This document shows positions 54,827 to 64,000 of a stretch of 64,000 nt of DNA, piece by piece (the first letter of the stretch is position 1; each line of letters opens with the position of its first letter). Position numbers and translations under genes: made by a program. This stretch comes from a virus: the IMG/VR virus record IMGVR_UViG_3300020183_000041, positions 21,126 to 85,125 of that record; one strand, 5' to 3'. The notes beneath the pieces are model-generated. The model saw only the letters and a program-made list of their open reading frames with translations, did not search any database and was not told the origin of the DNA.

Positions 54827-57800
54827 ATACCCCGATTAATCCCGTTATACGTCCTAACAACTCTGCTTTCTAATCCAGCAGCTTTTTGTCTATTAGGCAA
54901 AACTTTAACATTGTAATTTTTCATCATAGAATCAAACCATTGGTCTTCACCGATAAAATTATCAACATAAAAATTGTAATTATGAATTGTTTCATTTTCT
55001 GTCTTGATAATCTCAGTTTTGAATTGATTGCCTATTTGAGGCATCCCAATATTTGGAGCTTTATATCTTGGAATGCCAAATTTAAATCCATTTACATAGT
55101 CAAGGAACATTTGTCCAAGGCCAGATACTGCTTTTGCATTTATTACATATTCTCCACCATGCAATAACGCTGGGACACCTTGCTGTGAGAATCCAGGAAC
55201 AGAACCGCCAATAGCCATAGACTTTTTGATAGATCCTCCATAATATTTCTTTTGAACACCAGCGCTACCAAAAAGCCCCAGAGCCTTTGCAGTAACAGCA
55301 CCAAGATTTCCCTGCGGATCTTTGACTTCTTTTGCCAAATATTTTTTCTGGAATGCAAGAACAGCTTTTTTCATTGGTTGATCAAATTTTTGACTCAAGT
55401 TGCTATCTGCGGAAAGCATCTGATATTCAATGAGTTTAGCCTTAGCTGCTGATATGATTGGGTCTGTATCACCAAGTTTAAATACTTTATCTTTGCCAGC
55501 TTCTGTTAGGAACATCTTTCTAGAGATACCCATAGCAGAAGACTTTTCTCCAGCTCCACCAGCTTCTGCTTTTTCAGCAGCTGCTCTTCTCTCTGCTTTC
55601 ACCTGTTCTTCATCAAGTTGTTCAGTAGCAGATCTTATTGCTTCAGCTACAGCAAGATTTTTTACTTCCTCGTTTAAACTTTTAATAACTTCTGCAAATG
55701 CCGACCCCGCTTCGGTCTTCATCTTGTAGAATTCTGCTTTTATAGCCTCAGTTGCATCGTTAATTGCTTTTGCATAAACTTTCTCTGGACTATTTGGATT
55801 GTTTGGATCTGCAAAATCTGTTCCTATTTTTGTAATTTCAGCAATACCTGCGCTATATGCAGGAATAATAGAATTATTAAAGCCATCAGTGTAAGCTTGG
55901 CTTGTTCCAGATAGCATTAATCCAGTTATTCCCAAAAGAGATGCTGGATCTTTTGAATTGACATCTGTACCGTATTTTGTTGTTGCAGCCTGAATTAATG
56001 TGTCAAGACTCATATTGAATGAGCCAACTGTTGGATCTGTATTTTGCTGTATCAACCCAGGAAGAGCGGAATAATATGTCTGGAATGAGCCCTTCATAGC
56101 ATCTGATGTTTTTGTAGCTTCATCTTGTAATGCTTTAAATTGTTTTGTTAATTCCTCTTTTGTGAGGGTTCCGTTTTTACCAATACTTTCTACAAAATCT
56201 TCAAAACTCTTTATGTCTTTATCAAATTTTTCTGATAATTGTTCTTTTTGCTGCTGAATAACCTTCTTTGCCTGTTCGCGATTTTGAGATTGAAGTGTTT
56301 TATTGCGATCTTCATCCATTTTGCTAAGATCTTTATTAAACTCTTTATTATCTTTTTCTTCTTGCAACCCTAGCAATCTTGCATCATCAATCCTGCCTTC
56401 ATAAATTGCAAGAGCTCTTTGCTTGATATAACCATCTCTCTGGAGGGCTCGCTCTGCAATTTTTAATCTTCTATTTTCTTCATACTCTTTTGTTGCAGTA
56501 AGGCGCTCTTCTGCTTCAGCAAGAGCATCGATTGCCGCAACTTGATCATCAAAGAATTTAAGAACGTCTTGTTTTTGTTTTTCAAGACCTTCTCTAAATT
56601 TATCTTTAAACTTCCCAATAGCCTCACTAAGACTATTGATAACTTTATCAAAGAAATTAGCTTTTAATGCTTTTGCTCCCTCGTCAATCGCCTCAGCAAT
56701 TGTTATACCTCTAGCAGTAGCCTGAGATGGTGTTTGTGCATCTGGTTTTTTATCTTTTCCTCCGACATCTTTGCCAATTCCTTTGCCTATGGTTTCTGCG
56801 GTTTTTAAGCCACTGATCCAGTCTTTTATACCCCTACCAATACCAACAACCCAATCACTCGCACTCCCTATGGCATCCATAGTGCTGTTTGCAACGCTAT
56901 CAACACCACCAAGAATTTTATCTTGAATATTCTTTAAAACGTCATCCCCCATTTCGGTAATATCTCTAATAGAACCAAGAACTGCTTTAACTCCATTACC
57001 TATACCCTCAGTTACGGCTATCGCTTTCTCTTCTGCGGTTTCCAGACCAGAGTTAAGTCCGCTAGTTGCTTCATTTGCGATACCTTTCACTGAATCGCCA
57101 ACTTTTTCAAAAATATTTCCTATTGCATCAGCTGGTTTTGCCAGGATATCAACAGCCATACCAACAAGGCTATCCAAACCAATTTTGTCATAAAACCATC
57201 CAAGTCCAAAACCCAATTTCTTTGGTAAATCAACAAGAATTGTTCTTAAAAATTCAGCAAACATTTCTGCCATTTTTTGAAGAATCTTTCCCCATCCAGA
57301 AATCAATCCGCCAAAAATACCTACCAATTTACCGACTAATGTTATTGCCCCACCAGTTAATGTAAACAATGCTTTAATCATCAACTGTACGGATTCTTTG
57401 ATCAAATCAACAAGTGCTTTTTGTAGATTTGTCCATATCCGTACAACTTCTTGGACTAGCGCAACAACAGCTCTTGGTATTGCAAAAAATGCATTAATAA
57501 TTCCTTTGAGTAAATATTGAATAACAATTATTACAGCATCTGCCATTCTTTCAAATATATTTGTTATTAGACCAAGAACTTTAAATACAATATCAATTAA
57601 GAATATAAATGGAGTTTTAAATATTGTAATTAAACCTGTAAATACCTTACTTGCTGCTTCTTTCATTCCATCGAAAGCTTTACCCATAGCCTTCTTGGAC
57701 TCCTCTCCACCGCCCTTGAAATAACCAATAAGATTTCTTATGAACTGAATTATTGGACCAATAAATCCAATAATTCCCTTAACTGCCAGAGATACACCGC

Positions 57801-60800
57801 TCAAAACTCTTCTGATCACTGGTTCAAGAGTCTTTTCAAAGAAGGCTTTAAATTTCTCAGTAAATGCCAAAACTTTTTCAGAAATTGAACCAACGACTTG
57901 TCTTATGTTTTCACCACCATCTTTTGCATCTTTAGCACCACTGCCAAACAAAGAAGCAAAGAAGTCTTTAAAGACTCCGACAAGAACTCCAAAGATAGCT
58001 TTAATATTTTCAAAAGCGGCTTTAAAGTTATCCATAATATTTTGGGCTTTACCACCCATATTCTCAAATGTCTTTTTAAGAACCATTATTGCAAGCGCAA
58101 TTGCTGTAATTATAATCAATATTGGAGCACTAACCTTAGAGAATCTTTGCATCAATCCAATTACTTTATTCATAGGACCGGCAAGAAGCATTCCTGCTGG
58201 GCCAAGTTGATAGGTGAGCATGCTCGCCATAGAACCGCCCATTCCGATGGCTCCCTTAAATGCCTTCCCAACCCCACCCATTGTCTTTCCAATCATTCCA
58301 GCGCCGCGAGATGTCGTACCGTCTTGATTTGTAATAACATCTCTTCTGAAGAGACCCTTCTTTGTTATAGTGCTTCCATTTGCGCCTTCAACTGTTCTTG
58401 CTTGACCGCCGACCCCGAACAACCCTTGCGTGACTGCAAATACTGGTCTTGTAATTGCCCGACCAGCGGCTTTAAGAGGAACTGCAGCAACCCTGCCAGC
58501 AGCTAGTGCAATCTCCTTAGCACCGTTCGCTAGAACCTTCCCAGCAGCCGTCAAACCCCTTCCAGCCATATTTAAAGCTTCTTTTGGATCAGTGAACGCT
58601 TTATGGATAAATTTAGCTGTATTTGAACCAGCAACCAGTAAACCGCCAACCCCTAGTTGCAACATCTGGACTGTCTTGAGGAATACCTGTCCAGCTTGTG
58701 TATTCTGAATAAAATCAAGACCGCCAAGAGCAATGAATATTTTTTTAGCAGTGTTTACAACTTGTGGCATAACTGACTGAATCTGTGCGCCTGCTGCTAT
58801 TAAACCTTTCGCCATTATGATTGTAGAAGTAACTGGCGATTTGATAATTTCTTTTTCAATTTGATAAGCAGTCTTTATCATCTTTTTACCAATTGAAATT
58901 GTTGTAGTTTTAGCAGTCTCCATTGCATTCAGTATGGGAGGACCATAAAGGTTTCCAATTGCCTGAATGTTATCTTTAATTGGAATAAGTTTCATTGCAA
59001 ACTTTGATGGAATTACCCCAACAACTTTAGAGAGTCTTGTTATTGGAGCAAATAAGAGACTCTCTGCTTTAGCAATTTGTCTTGCTTCAATTTCTGTTTT
59101 TCTTATCTGCCTAGAGGAACTTGCTGGACCAATACCTCTTTCTTTTTCAACTCTTGCTTTCGCCATTTCATAGCGTTCTCTTGGATTTAATGCATATCTA
59201 ACTTGCTGAGCATCTGTGCCAATTTTTTTAGCAATAATATTCTTTAACAAAACGGCAATTTCGCTAAGTCCGCCAGTTGCAACAGCAGATCCAACTCTTG
59301 CAACACCTCTTCCTGTTATTGGGATGCCAGCAATTTCACGAACTTTTGGTGTAGGTGGTACATATTTATCTTTACTTGGGCGTGGTGGGATAAGAGCCTT
59401 AAGTTGATCAAAACTACTCATACCCATTGCAATAGGGGTTAGACCAGACGTTCCTGCTGCCGCAGCAGCAAGCTTGGCTTCTGCTGCAGCCCTTCTTGTG
59501 TTTGTCCAAACTGGATTTATTGTGGAGATGCTTGCTCGCTCAGCCAAATTGCGAACACGATCACGGACTGTCTTTAATTCATTTGTAGCACTTACTGAAT
59601 CAAGAAGCTTTTTACGCAAAAGATCTGCAGCATTAACATACACTGGTCCAGATGGGGGCTTCGCTGCATTTTCTTCCATAAGTTTTTTCAAACTTGCTGG
59701 GGTTAATATTGGCTGTTGTGGAATAGCAGATGATGGAACATCTCGCTCAGGGGGTGAAGCCTGTGGGGTTGTTGTTGTGGGTTTTGGAGCTCTTGGAAGT
59801 TGAGGAATAGCTGGAGTTGTTTGAGCTGCGGCTTGTGTTGCTTTTTCTATTGGTTTAACTGCTACTTGTTGAATTGCAACATCTGTTGCAACCCCGAGTT
59901 CAGAAAGTTTGTCAATAATAATTTTCTTATAATCTTTTGCTTGTCTTTGTTTTCCTGTCTCGTCTCTAGTTTTTGCACCAGCTACATACTCTGCAAGATA
60001 TCTTAATTCTTGAACTGTATATTGTTTTAATGAATCCATGCTTGCGCCATATACTTTAACTTGTTCAGCGACCTGCTGCATTCTTGCTCTTATTTGTTCT
60101 CTTGTTTCTCCAGCAACTTTAGTAGTTGTTTCTTTTGGAGTTATTGGTATAACTTTTCCTTTATTAGGACCAAATTGAGGCGTGACCTGTCCAGCAGCCT
60201 GCTCGCCAAATTTCTGTAATTTGGCTCTTTGTTGCATTACAGCAGCATAAAGTGATTCAAGACTTCCGTTTCCGGCAACAACTGTAGCCTTAATTGCTTC
60301 TACGACTTTTGTAACATCACCTTTGACTTTTGAAATTGGAGCATCAAGACCTGCTGCTGCTTTTGGTGCTCTGTTTCTAAGTTCAGCAATAAGCGCTTCA
60401 AATTGTTTAGCTGGTAAATTAAGAGTAGCTTGAAGTTGCTGAAGAACTGTATCAAAACCAAATGCTCCACCGCTAATTTTTGGAAGACTAGCTAGAGCTT
60501 TTGCTTGTGCTTGTTCCATTTCAGCTTCTAATTTAGTTTTTACTTTTGAAAGAATGCCTATTTGCTTTTTATATCCTTTACCTTTAACTTCACCAAGTCT
60601 ATTTATTTCAGCTATTAATTCTTGAATTTGTTCTTCAAATTCATTAACTTGTTTTATCAAAGCCCTTCTTTGAGCAGTATCAAGTTTTTCTAAACCCTTT
60701 TGCGGAACTGGTCTTGTAGAAGCAGCAGGCATTGGATAACCGCCGAGGGCTCGTGGTTTTATTGGCTTTGGAGTAGGAGCTTCTCCAACAACTTTTATAG

Positions 60801-63800
60801 CCGCTTGCGCTTCTGTAAGTTCTTTCCTACCTAAACTAATTTCTTCATCAATTTTTTTTATTTCTTTTTTTAAAGAAAGAATTTGTTTTTCTCGTGCAGA
60901 CATTGTTGCTTTTAATTTTTCTTTAGCCTCAGTAGCTTCATCTTTTGCAACAATCGTTTGTTCTTTCAATTTAACATCGGCAGCAGTATGTGTTACCTGT
61001 TTAGCTAGACTAGCTAAAGTTGCTTTTCCTTCTTCTATTGTTAAAAGCAGTTCCGTTTCTTTGCCTTGTTCTTTTCTTTGTATACTTTCAAGTTTATGCA
61101 AAGTTGCAATTTTTTTTGTATGTTCTGCTTCTGATTTTCCTATTGCTGCAGCAATTTTATTAATATTTTTTAATGTCTCACCGACAAGAATTTTCGCAGC
61201 AACAGGTCTTGCTGCTACCATTGCTGATTTGATTAAACGATCATATGTCGCTCTTTGTTTTTTATTTAAAGAAGCAATTTTTTGTTCTATTGCTTTATCT
61301 TGAGCAACAGTATCTAATTCTTCAAATGCTTCTGGTTCTTTAATCTTACCCAATTGTTCTAAAAGCTCAATTTTTCTTTCTCTGACTAATTTATTAATTG
61401 TTTCTGTTAATTTATCTTCTGGTATTGCAATTGGTGCAAACTGTGCAGACGTAGCAAGTGGCAAATCAGTGTCGTATGGGCTTATCTTTGGGCCTGTTGG
61501 TACTGTCGGTATTTTTGGATATGCACCTAATTCTTCTTCGTGTGATGCATAAGGTGAATATTGTCGACTTGCCATAGGCAATGTTGGCTTTATTTCTTTT
61601 TGTCTATTTAATATACTAAATAATTTATTCCTTGATTCTGTTGTATACGGAGTAAGTTGTTGTTTAGTACTTACTCCAGTCTCTGGATTCTCCACCATCT
61701 CGAATGGTGTTCTTATTTGCTCAAAAGCTATTCTAAGCTGTCTTCTAGCTGAAGAAACACCTTCAGCAACGCGATCCATGCGTTCTCTTAATGGAGCAAG
61801 TCTTGCTCTAATTACTGAATCAATAACAACTTCAGAAGCAGTTGGCATTGATGCAATAACTTTTTGTATAACTCGTTGAACTTCTAAATCAAGTTTTTTC
61901 TGAAGGCCTTCATAATATTTTAATTTTTTACGAAGACCTGTAACAATTCGGGCATGCATTTTCCCTTCAACAGCAGTCATCTCTCTTGGAGGCACACCTT
62001 CTTCTGCAGGTTTGCCTTCTATCATTTCTTTTTCATATTTTGCATCAGCTGTTGCTTGTCTTGCTGTTGTGTGTCCTAAAGCTGCAAATAAAGGATTAAG
62101 ATAGGTTGCTGATCTGATATTAAGAGCTGTTTTCTGTCCACCAGCAAATGCGTTTAGCCTTTCTTGTGCGCCAGCACCAGAAAGTGATCTTTTAAGTGTT
62201 TCAAAAGTTCTTTTTTGTATAGAAACTGCAAAGTCACTCATTTGTGCGACAGTAGAGGGTATCTCAAGCCCAAGGTTTGTTAGCAATTCAATAAAAGATT
62301 GTTTTGTAAGTTTAATTTTTTTAGAAACAGATACAGCAGTTTTCTTAGCTTCAGATACTTTTGTTTCTGTTTCTTTGGCAACGGTTTCTGCTTGTTTAAT
62401 ATCATTTGATGCCTGTTGAGCAACTTGATTTTGAGAAGATGTTGCTTGAGTTGCAGCAGGTACAAGTGGTGCTGGTTGTGTTGTTGCTGCTGCTTTGGTC
62501 TGATTTTTAGATTGTGCAACAGCCGTTGGAGATGCTGTTATACCTAATTTACGTCTTTGGGCAGAATTGGCTATTTCTTGATCTCTTTCGGCTTTCCTTG
62601 CGACAACGAAAGGAATCGATCCAAACATTCCACCCATACGACGCTGCGCTTGTGCGGCAAAATTTTTGAAGTCCATCACGTCGAAAGCGAGATCTTTTAG
62701 ATTTTTTAGCGTAGATGGCAAAATTTTTGAAGTAACTCGTTCGACAGCCTCTGCTACTTGTGGAATTGCTGGTCTTAATGGTCTTTTTCTTGTTCTTGTT
62801 CCACTAGAAGCATTCTGTCCGCCTCCTGTGGGTTGTGGTGCTGGTTGTGTTGTTGTTGGCTGTGCTGGTCTAGAAGTCGTTGTCTGCTGAGCTGGAGGTG
62901 CGTTTGGCTGAGAAGGCTGTCCTGGTCTTGTACCCGTTCCTGTATTGACAACACGCCCAGGACTGCAAATACACTTTTGAATTGCCTGAAGAATTGCCAT
63001 TAACTTTGTATAATATTGGGCAGATACTGGTTTTTGCTGTCCAGTTGTTCTTGTCGTAGCTGTTGCTTGCCCCGCAGAAGAAGTTGAAGGTGTTTTAACA
63101 ACACCAAATGGTGTTATAATACCGCCTGCTGCTGAATTTGCTCCAACCCTTGGAGTTAAGCTGCTTGTTTTCTTAGATGCTCTTTGTGTAGCTTTAATTA
63201 CGGCTTCATTCATTCCTTTAATCAGGTCTATTGTGTATTGCTCAATGACCTTTGCTGGATTTTGTAAATTCCGTGTAGCGGTGACAGTACTTGCATCCAA
63301 GCCCGAAAGGTTTGCCGACCCAGTAGGTAACACCATCTGATCGAGGGGGCCAGCCTGTGTGCCCCTTTTTGCTGCAACTGTATTTGCAGCCTGAACTCTT
63401 AAATATTCTTTTCTGCCAACTAAACCTTTAATTGATTTTTGATATATTGATTTTTCAGCAAAAGAAATTTTTTCTCCAGCATCAATTTTTTCTTGAATTG
63501 GGGCGGCTCTTTCCAGTCTCTTTAAATTTGCTTTAGAAACAAAAATATTTCCATCTTTCCCAACTTTTCTAAAATTTCCTCCTAATCTTGTAAGAAGGCT
63601 TGTAGATTCTGCAATTGTTCCATTTAAAGAAACCATATCATCTTTAAATTTTAATACACCCTTAGAACGCATCATTGAGAAAGAACCAGCAATTTGAGCA
63701 ATAGCACCAAAAGTCCTAAGAACAGGGCCAAGTGTTGCAAGAAGAATCAAAACAACACCAATAAGTTTCTTGGTTCCCGATGGGAGGAGCTGAATCCATG

Positions 63801-63999
63801 TACTAATTTTTTCAAGAATTGGATTAATTGCTGAAAGCAAATCACCAAATACAATCGTTAGCTCTCTTGCTATTGATTTAATATTTTCTCTTGACCGACC
63901 ATAACGAACTTGCAAAGAGCCTTGAACCCTTTCTAGCTCTGCTTCTAATGTCTCTTTCGTAACAGCAGTTCCAAACATTGCTCCAGATAATATTTTTCC
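54823..63999 (-). CDS. Tape measure protein (5' end outside the window)
   Basis: More than 3050 aa and open to the window edge; amphipathic repeats, coiled coils, GGSVPG..VPALLHGGEYVINAKAV motif. Confidence 0.9.
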   Translation of the reverse strand, partial: GKILSGAMFGTAVTKETLEAELERVQGSLQVRYGRSRENIKSIARELTIVFGDLLSAINPILEKISTWIQLLPSGTKKLIGVVLILLATLGPVLRTFGAIAQIAGSFSMMRSKGVLKFKDDMVSLNGTIAESTSLLTRLGGNFRKVGKDGNIFVSKANLKRLERAAPIQEKIDAGEKISFAEKSIYQKSIKGLVGRKEYLRVQAANTVAAKRGTQAGPLDQMVLPTGSANLSGLDASTVTATRNLQNPAKVIEQYTIDLIKGMNEAVIKATQRASKKTSSLTPRVGANSAAGGIITPFGVVKTPSTSSAGQATATTRTTGQQKPVSAQYYTKLMAILQAIQKCICSPGRVVNTGTGTRPGQPSQPNAPPAQQTTTSRPAQPTTTQPAPQPTGGGQNASSGTRTRKRPLRPAIPQVAEAVERVTSKILPSTLKNLKDLAFDVMDFKNFAAQAQRRMGGMFGSIPFVVARKAERDQEIANSAQRRKLGITASPTAVAQSKNQTKAAATTQPAPLVPAATQATSSQNQVAQQASNDIKQAETVAKETETKVSEAKKTAVSVSKKIKLTKQSFIELLTNLGLEIPSTVAQMSDFAVSIQKRTFETLKRSLSGAGAQERLNAFAGGQKTALNIRSATYLNPLFAALGHTTARQATADAKYEKEMIEGKPAEEGVPPREMTAVEGKMHARIVTGLRKKLKYYEGLQKKLDLEVQRVIQKVIASMPTASEVVIDSVIRARLAPLRERMDRVAEGVSSARRQLRIAFEQIRTPFEMVENPETGVSTKQQLTPYTTESRNKLFSILNRQKEIKPTLPMASRQYSPYASHEEELGAYPKIPTVPTGPKISPYDTDLPLATSAQFAPIAIPEDKLTETINKLVRERKIELLEQLGKIKEPEAFEELDTVAQDKAIEQKIASLNKKQRATYDRLIKSAMVAARPVAAKILVGETLKNINKIAAAIGKSEAEHTKKIATLHKLESIQRKEQGKETELLLTIEEGKATLASLAKQVTHTAADVKLKEQTIVAKDEATEAKEKLKATMSAREKQILSLKKEIKKIDEEISLGRKELTEAQAAIKVVGEAPTPKPIKPRALGGYPMPAASTRPVPQKGLEKLDTAQRRALIKQVNEFEEQIQELIAEINRLGEVKGKGYKKQIGILSKVKTKLEAEMEQAQAKALASLPKISGGAFGFDTVLQQLQATLNLPAKQFEALIAELRNRAPKAAAGLDAPISKVKGDVTKVVEAIKATVVAGNGSLESLYAAVMQQRAKLQKFGEQAAGQVTPQFGPNKGKVIPITPKETTTKVAGETREQIRARMQQVAEQVKVYGASMDSLKQYTVQELRYLAEYVAGAKTRDETGKQRQAKDYKKIIIDKLSELGVATDVAIQQVAVKPIEKATQAAAQTTPAIPQLPRAPKPTTTTPQASPPERDVPSSAIPQQPILTPASLKKLMEENAAKPPSGPVYVNAADLLRKKLLDSVSATNELKTVRDRVRNLAERASISTINPVWTNTRRAAAEAKLAAAAAGTSGLTPIAMGMSSFDQLKALIPPRPSKDKYVPPTPKVREIAGIPITGRGVARVGSAVATGGLSEIAVLLKNIIAKKIGTDAQQVRYALNPRERYEMAKARVEKERGIGPASSSRQIRKTEIEARQIAKAESLLFAPITRLSKVVGVIPSKFAMKLIPIKDNIQAIGNLYGPPILNAMETAKTTTISIGKKMIKTAYQIEKEIIKSPVTSTIIMAKGLIAAGAQIQSVMPQVVNTAKKIFIALGGLDFIQNTQAGQVFLKTVQMLQLGVGGLLVAGSNTAKFIHKAFTDPKEALNMAGRGLTAAGKVLANGAKEIALAAGRVAAVPLKAAGRAITRPVFAVTQGLFGVGGQARTVEGANGSTITKKGLFRRDVITNQDGTTSRGAGMIGKTMGGVGKAFKGAIGMGGSMASMLTYQLGPAGMLLAGPMNKVIGLMQRFSKVSAPILIIITAIALAIMVLKKTFENMGGKAQNIMDNFKAAFENIKAIFGVLVGVFKDFFASLFGSGAKDAKDGGENIRQVVGSISEKVLAFTEKFKAFFEKTLEPVIRRVLSGVSLAVKGIIGFIGPIIQFIRNLIGYFKGGGEESKKAMGKAFDGMKEAASKVFTGLITIFKTPFIFLIDIVFKVLGLITNIFERMADAVIIVIQYLLKGIINAFFAIPRAVVALVQEVVRIWTNLQKALVDLIKESVQLMIKALFTLTGGAITLVGKLVGIFGGLISGWGKILQKMAEMFAEFLRTILVDLPKKLGFGLGWFYDKIGLDSLVGMAVDILAKPADAIGNIFEKVGDSVKGIANEATSGLNSGLETAEEKAIAVTEGIGNGVKAVLGSIRDITEMGDDVLKNIQDKILGGVDSVANSTMDAIGSASDWVVGIGRGIKDWISGLKTAETIGKGIGKDVGGKDKKPDAQTPSQATARGITIAEAIDEGAKALKANFFDKVINSLSEAIGKFKDKFREGLEKQKQDVLKFFDDQVAAIDALAEAEERLTATKEYEENRRLKIAERALQRDGYIKQRALAIYEGRIDDARLLGLQEEKDNKEFNKDLSKMDEDRNKTLQSQNREQAKKVIQQQKEQLSEKFDKDIKSFEDFVESIGKNGTLTKEELTKQFKALQDEATKTSDAMKGSFQTYYSALPGLIQQNTDPTVGSFNMSLDTLIQAATTKYGTDVNSKDPASLLGITGLMLSGTSQAYTDGFNNSIIPAYSAGIAEITKIGTDFADPNNPNSPEKVYAKAINDATEAIKAEFYKMKTEAGSAFAEVIKSLNEEVKNLAVAEAIRSATEQLDEEQVKAERRAAAEKAEAGGAGEKSSAMGISRKMFLTEAGKDKVFKLGDTDPIISAAKAKLIEYQMLSADSNLSQKFDQPMKKAVLAFQKKYLAKEVKDPQGNLGAVTAKALGLFGSAGVQKKYYGGSIKKSMAIGGSVPGFSQQGVPALLHGGEYVINAKAVSGLGQMFLDYVNGFKFGIPRYKAPNIGMPQIGNQFKTEIIKTENETIHNYNFYVDNFIGEDQWFDSMMKNYNVKVLPNRQKAAGLESRVVRTYNGINRGM

Positions 64000-64000
64000 A

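Noticed and set aside
1-64000. Alternative genetic code, DGR or retron
   Set aside because: Core genes are intact in the standard code, there is no suppressor tRNA, and no reverse transcriptase or TR/VR pair was seen

Overview
Fragment of a large, AT-rich tailed dsDNA phage genome, most likely infecting Actinobacteria (two WhiB genes, DnaE-type polymerase, leaderless SigA-type promoters). Almost all genes are on the minus strand. From right to left: a tail module (very long tape measure protein running off the window, distal tail, PA14/LamG tail protein, S74-chaperone fibre); HNH, phosphoesterase, holin, MerR and WhiB; a replication/recombination block (DnaB, primase, SSB, HAD nucleotidase, DnaE, RecA, resolvases, Cas4-like nuclease); terminase with two glycosyltransferases nearby; and about 22 kb of small early-type genes with three tRNAs (Arg-UCU, Ile-UAU, Leu-UAA). 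A roughly 0.9 kb AT-rich non-coding gap separates this from the most unusual part. Bases 1-3700 are a plus-strand, GC-richer array of six self-contained one-gene cassettes plus a decayed seventh. Each has a 40-41 bp covarying hairpin exactly 30 nt upstream of a GTG(C/T/A)AT-16-TANNNT promoter, a mostly leaderless start 7 nt after the -10, and a downstream terminator or hairpin. Two unrelated protein families in the array share an N-terminal (V/P)T(V/A)(N/K)AE(P/A) tag. All calls come from reading motifs by eye; no database searches were run.
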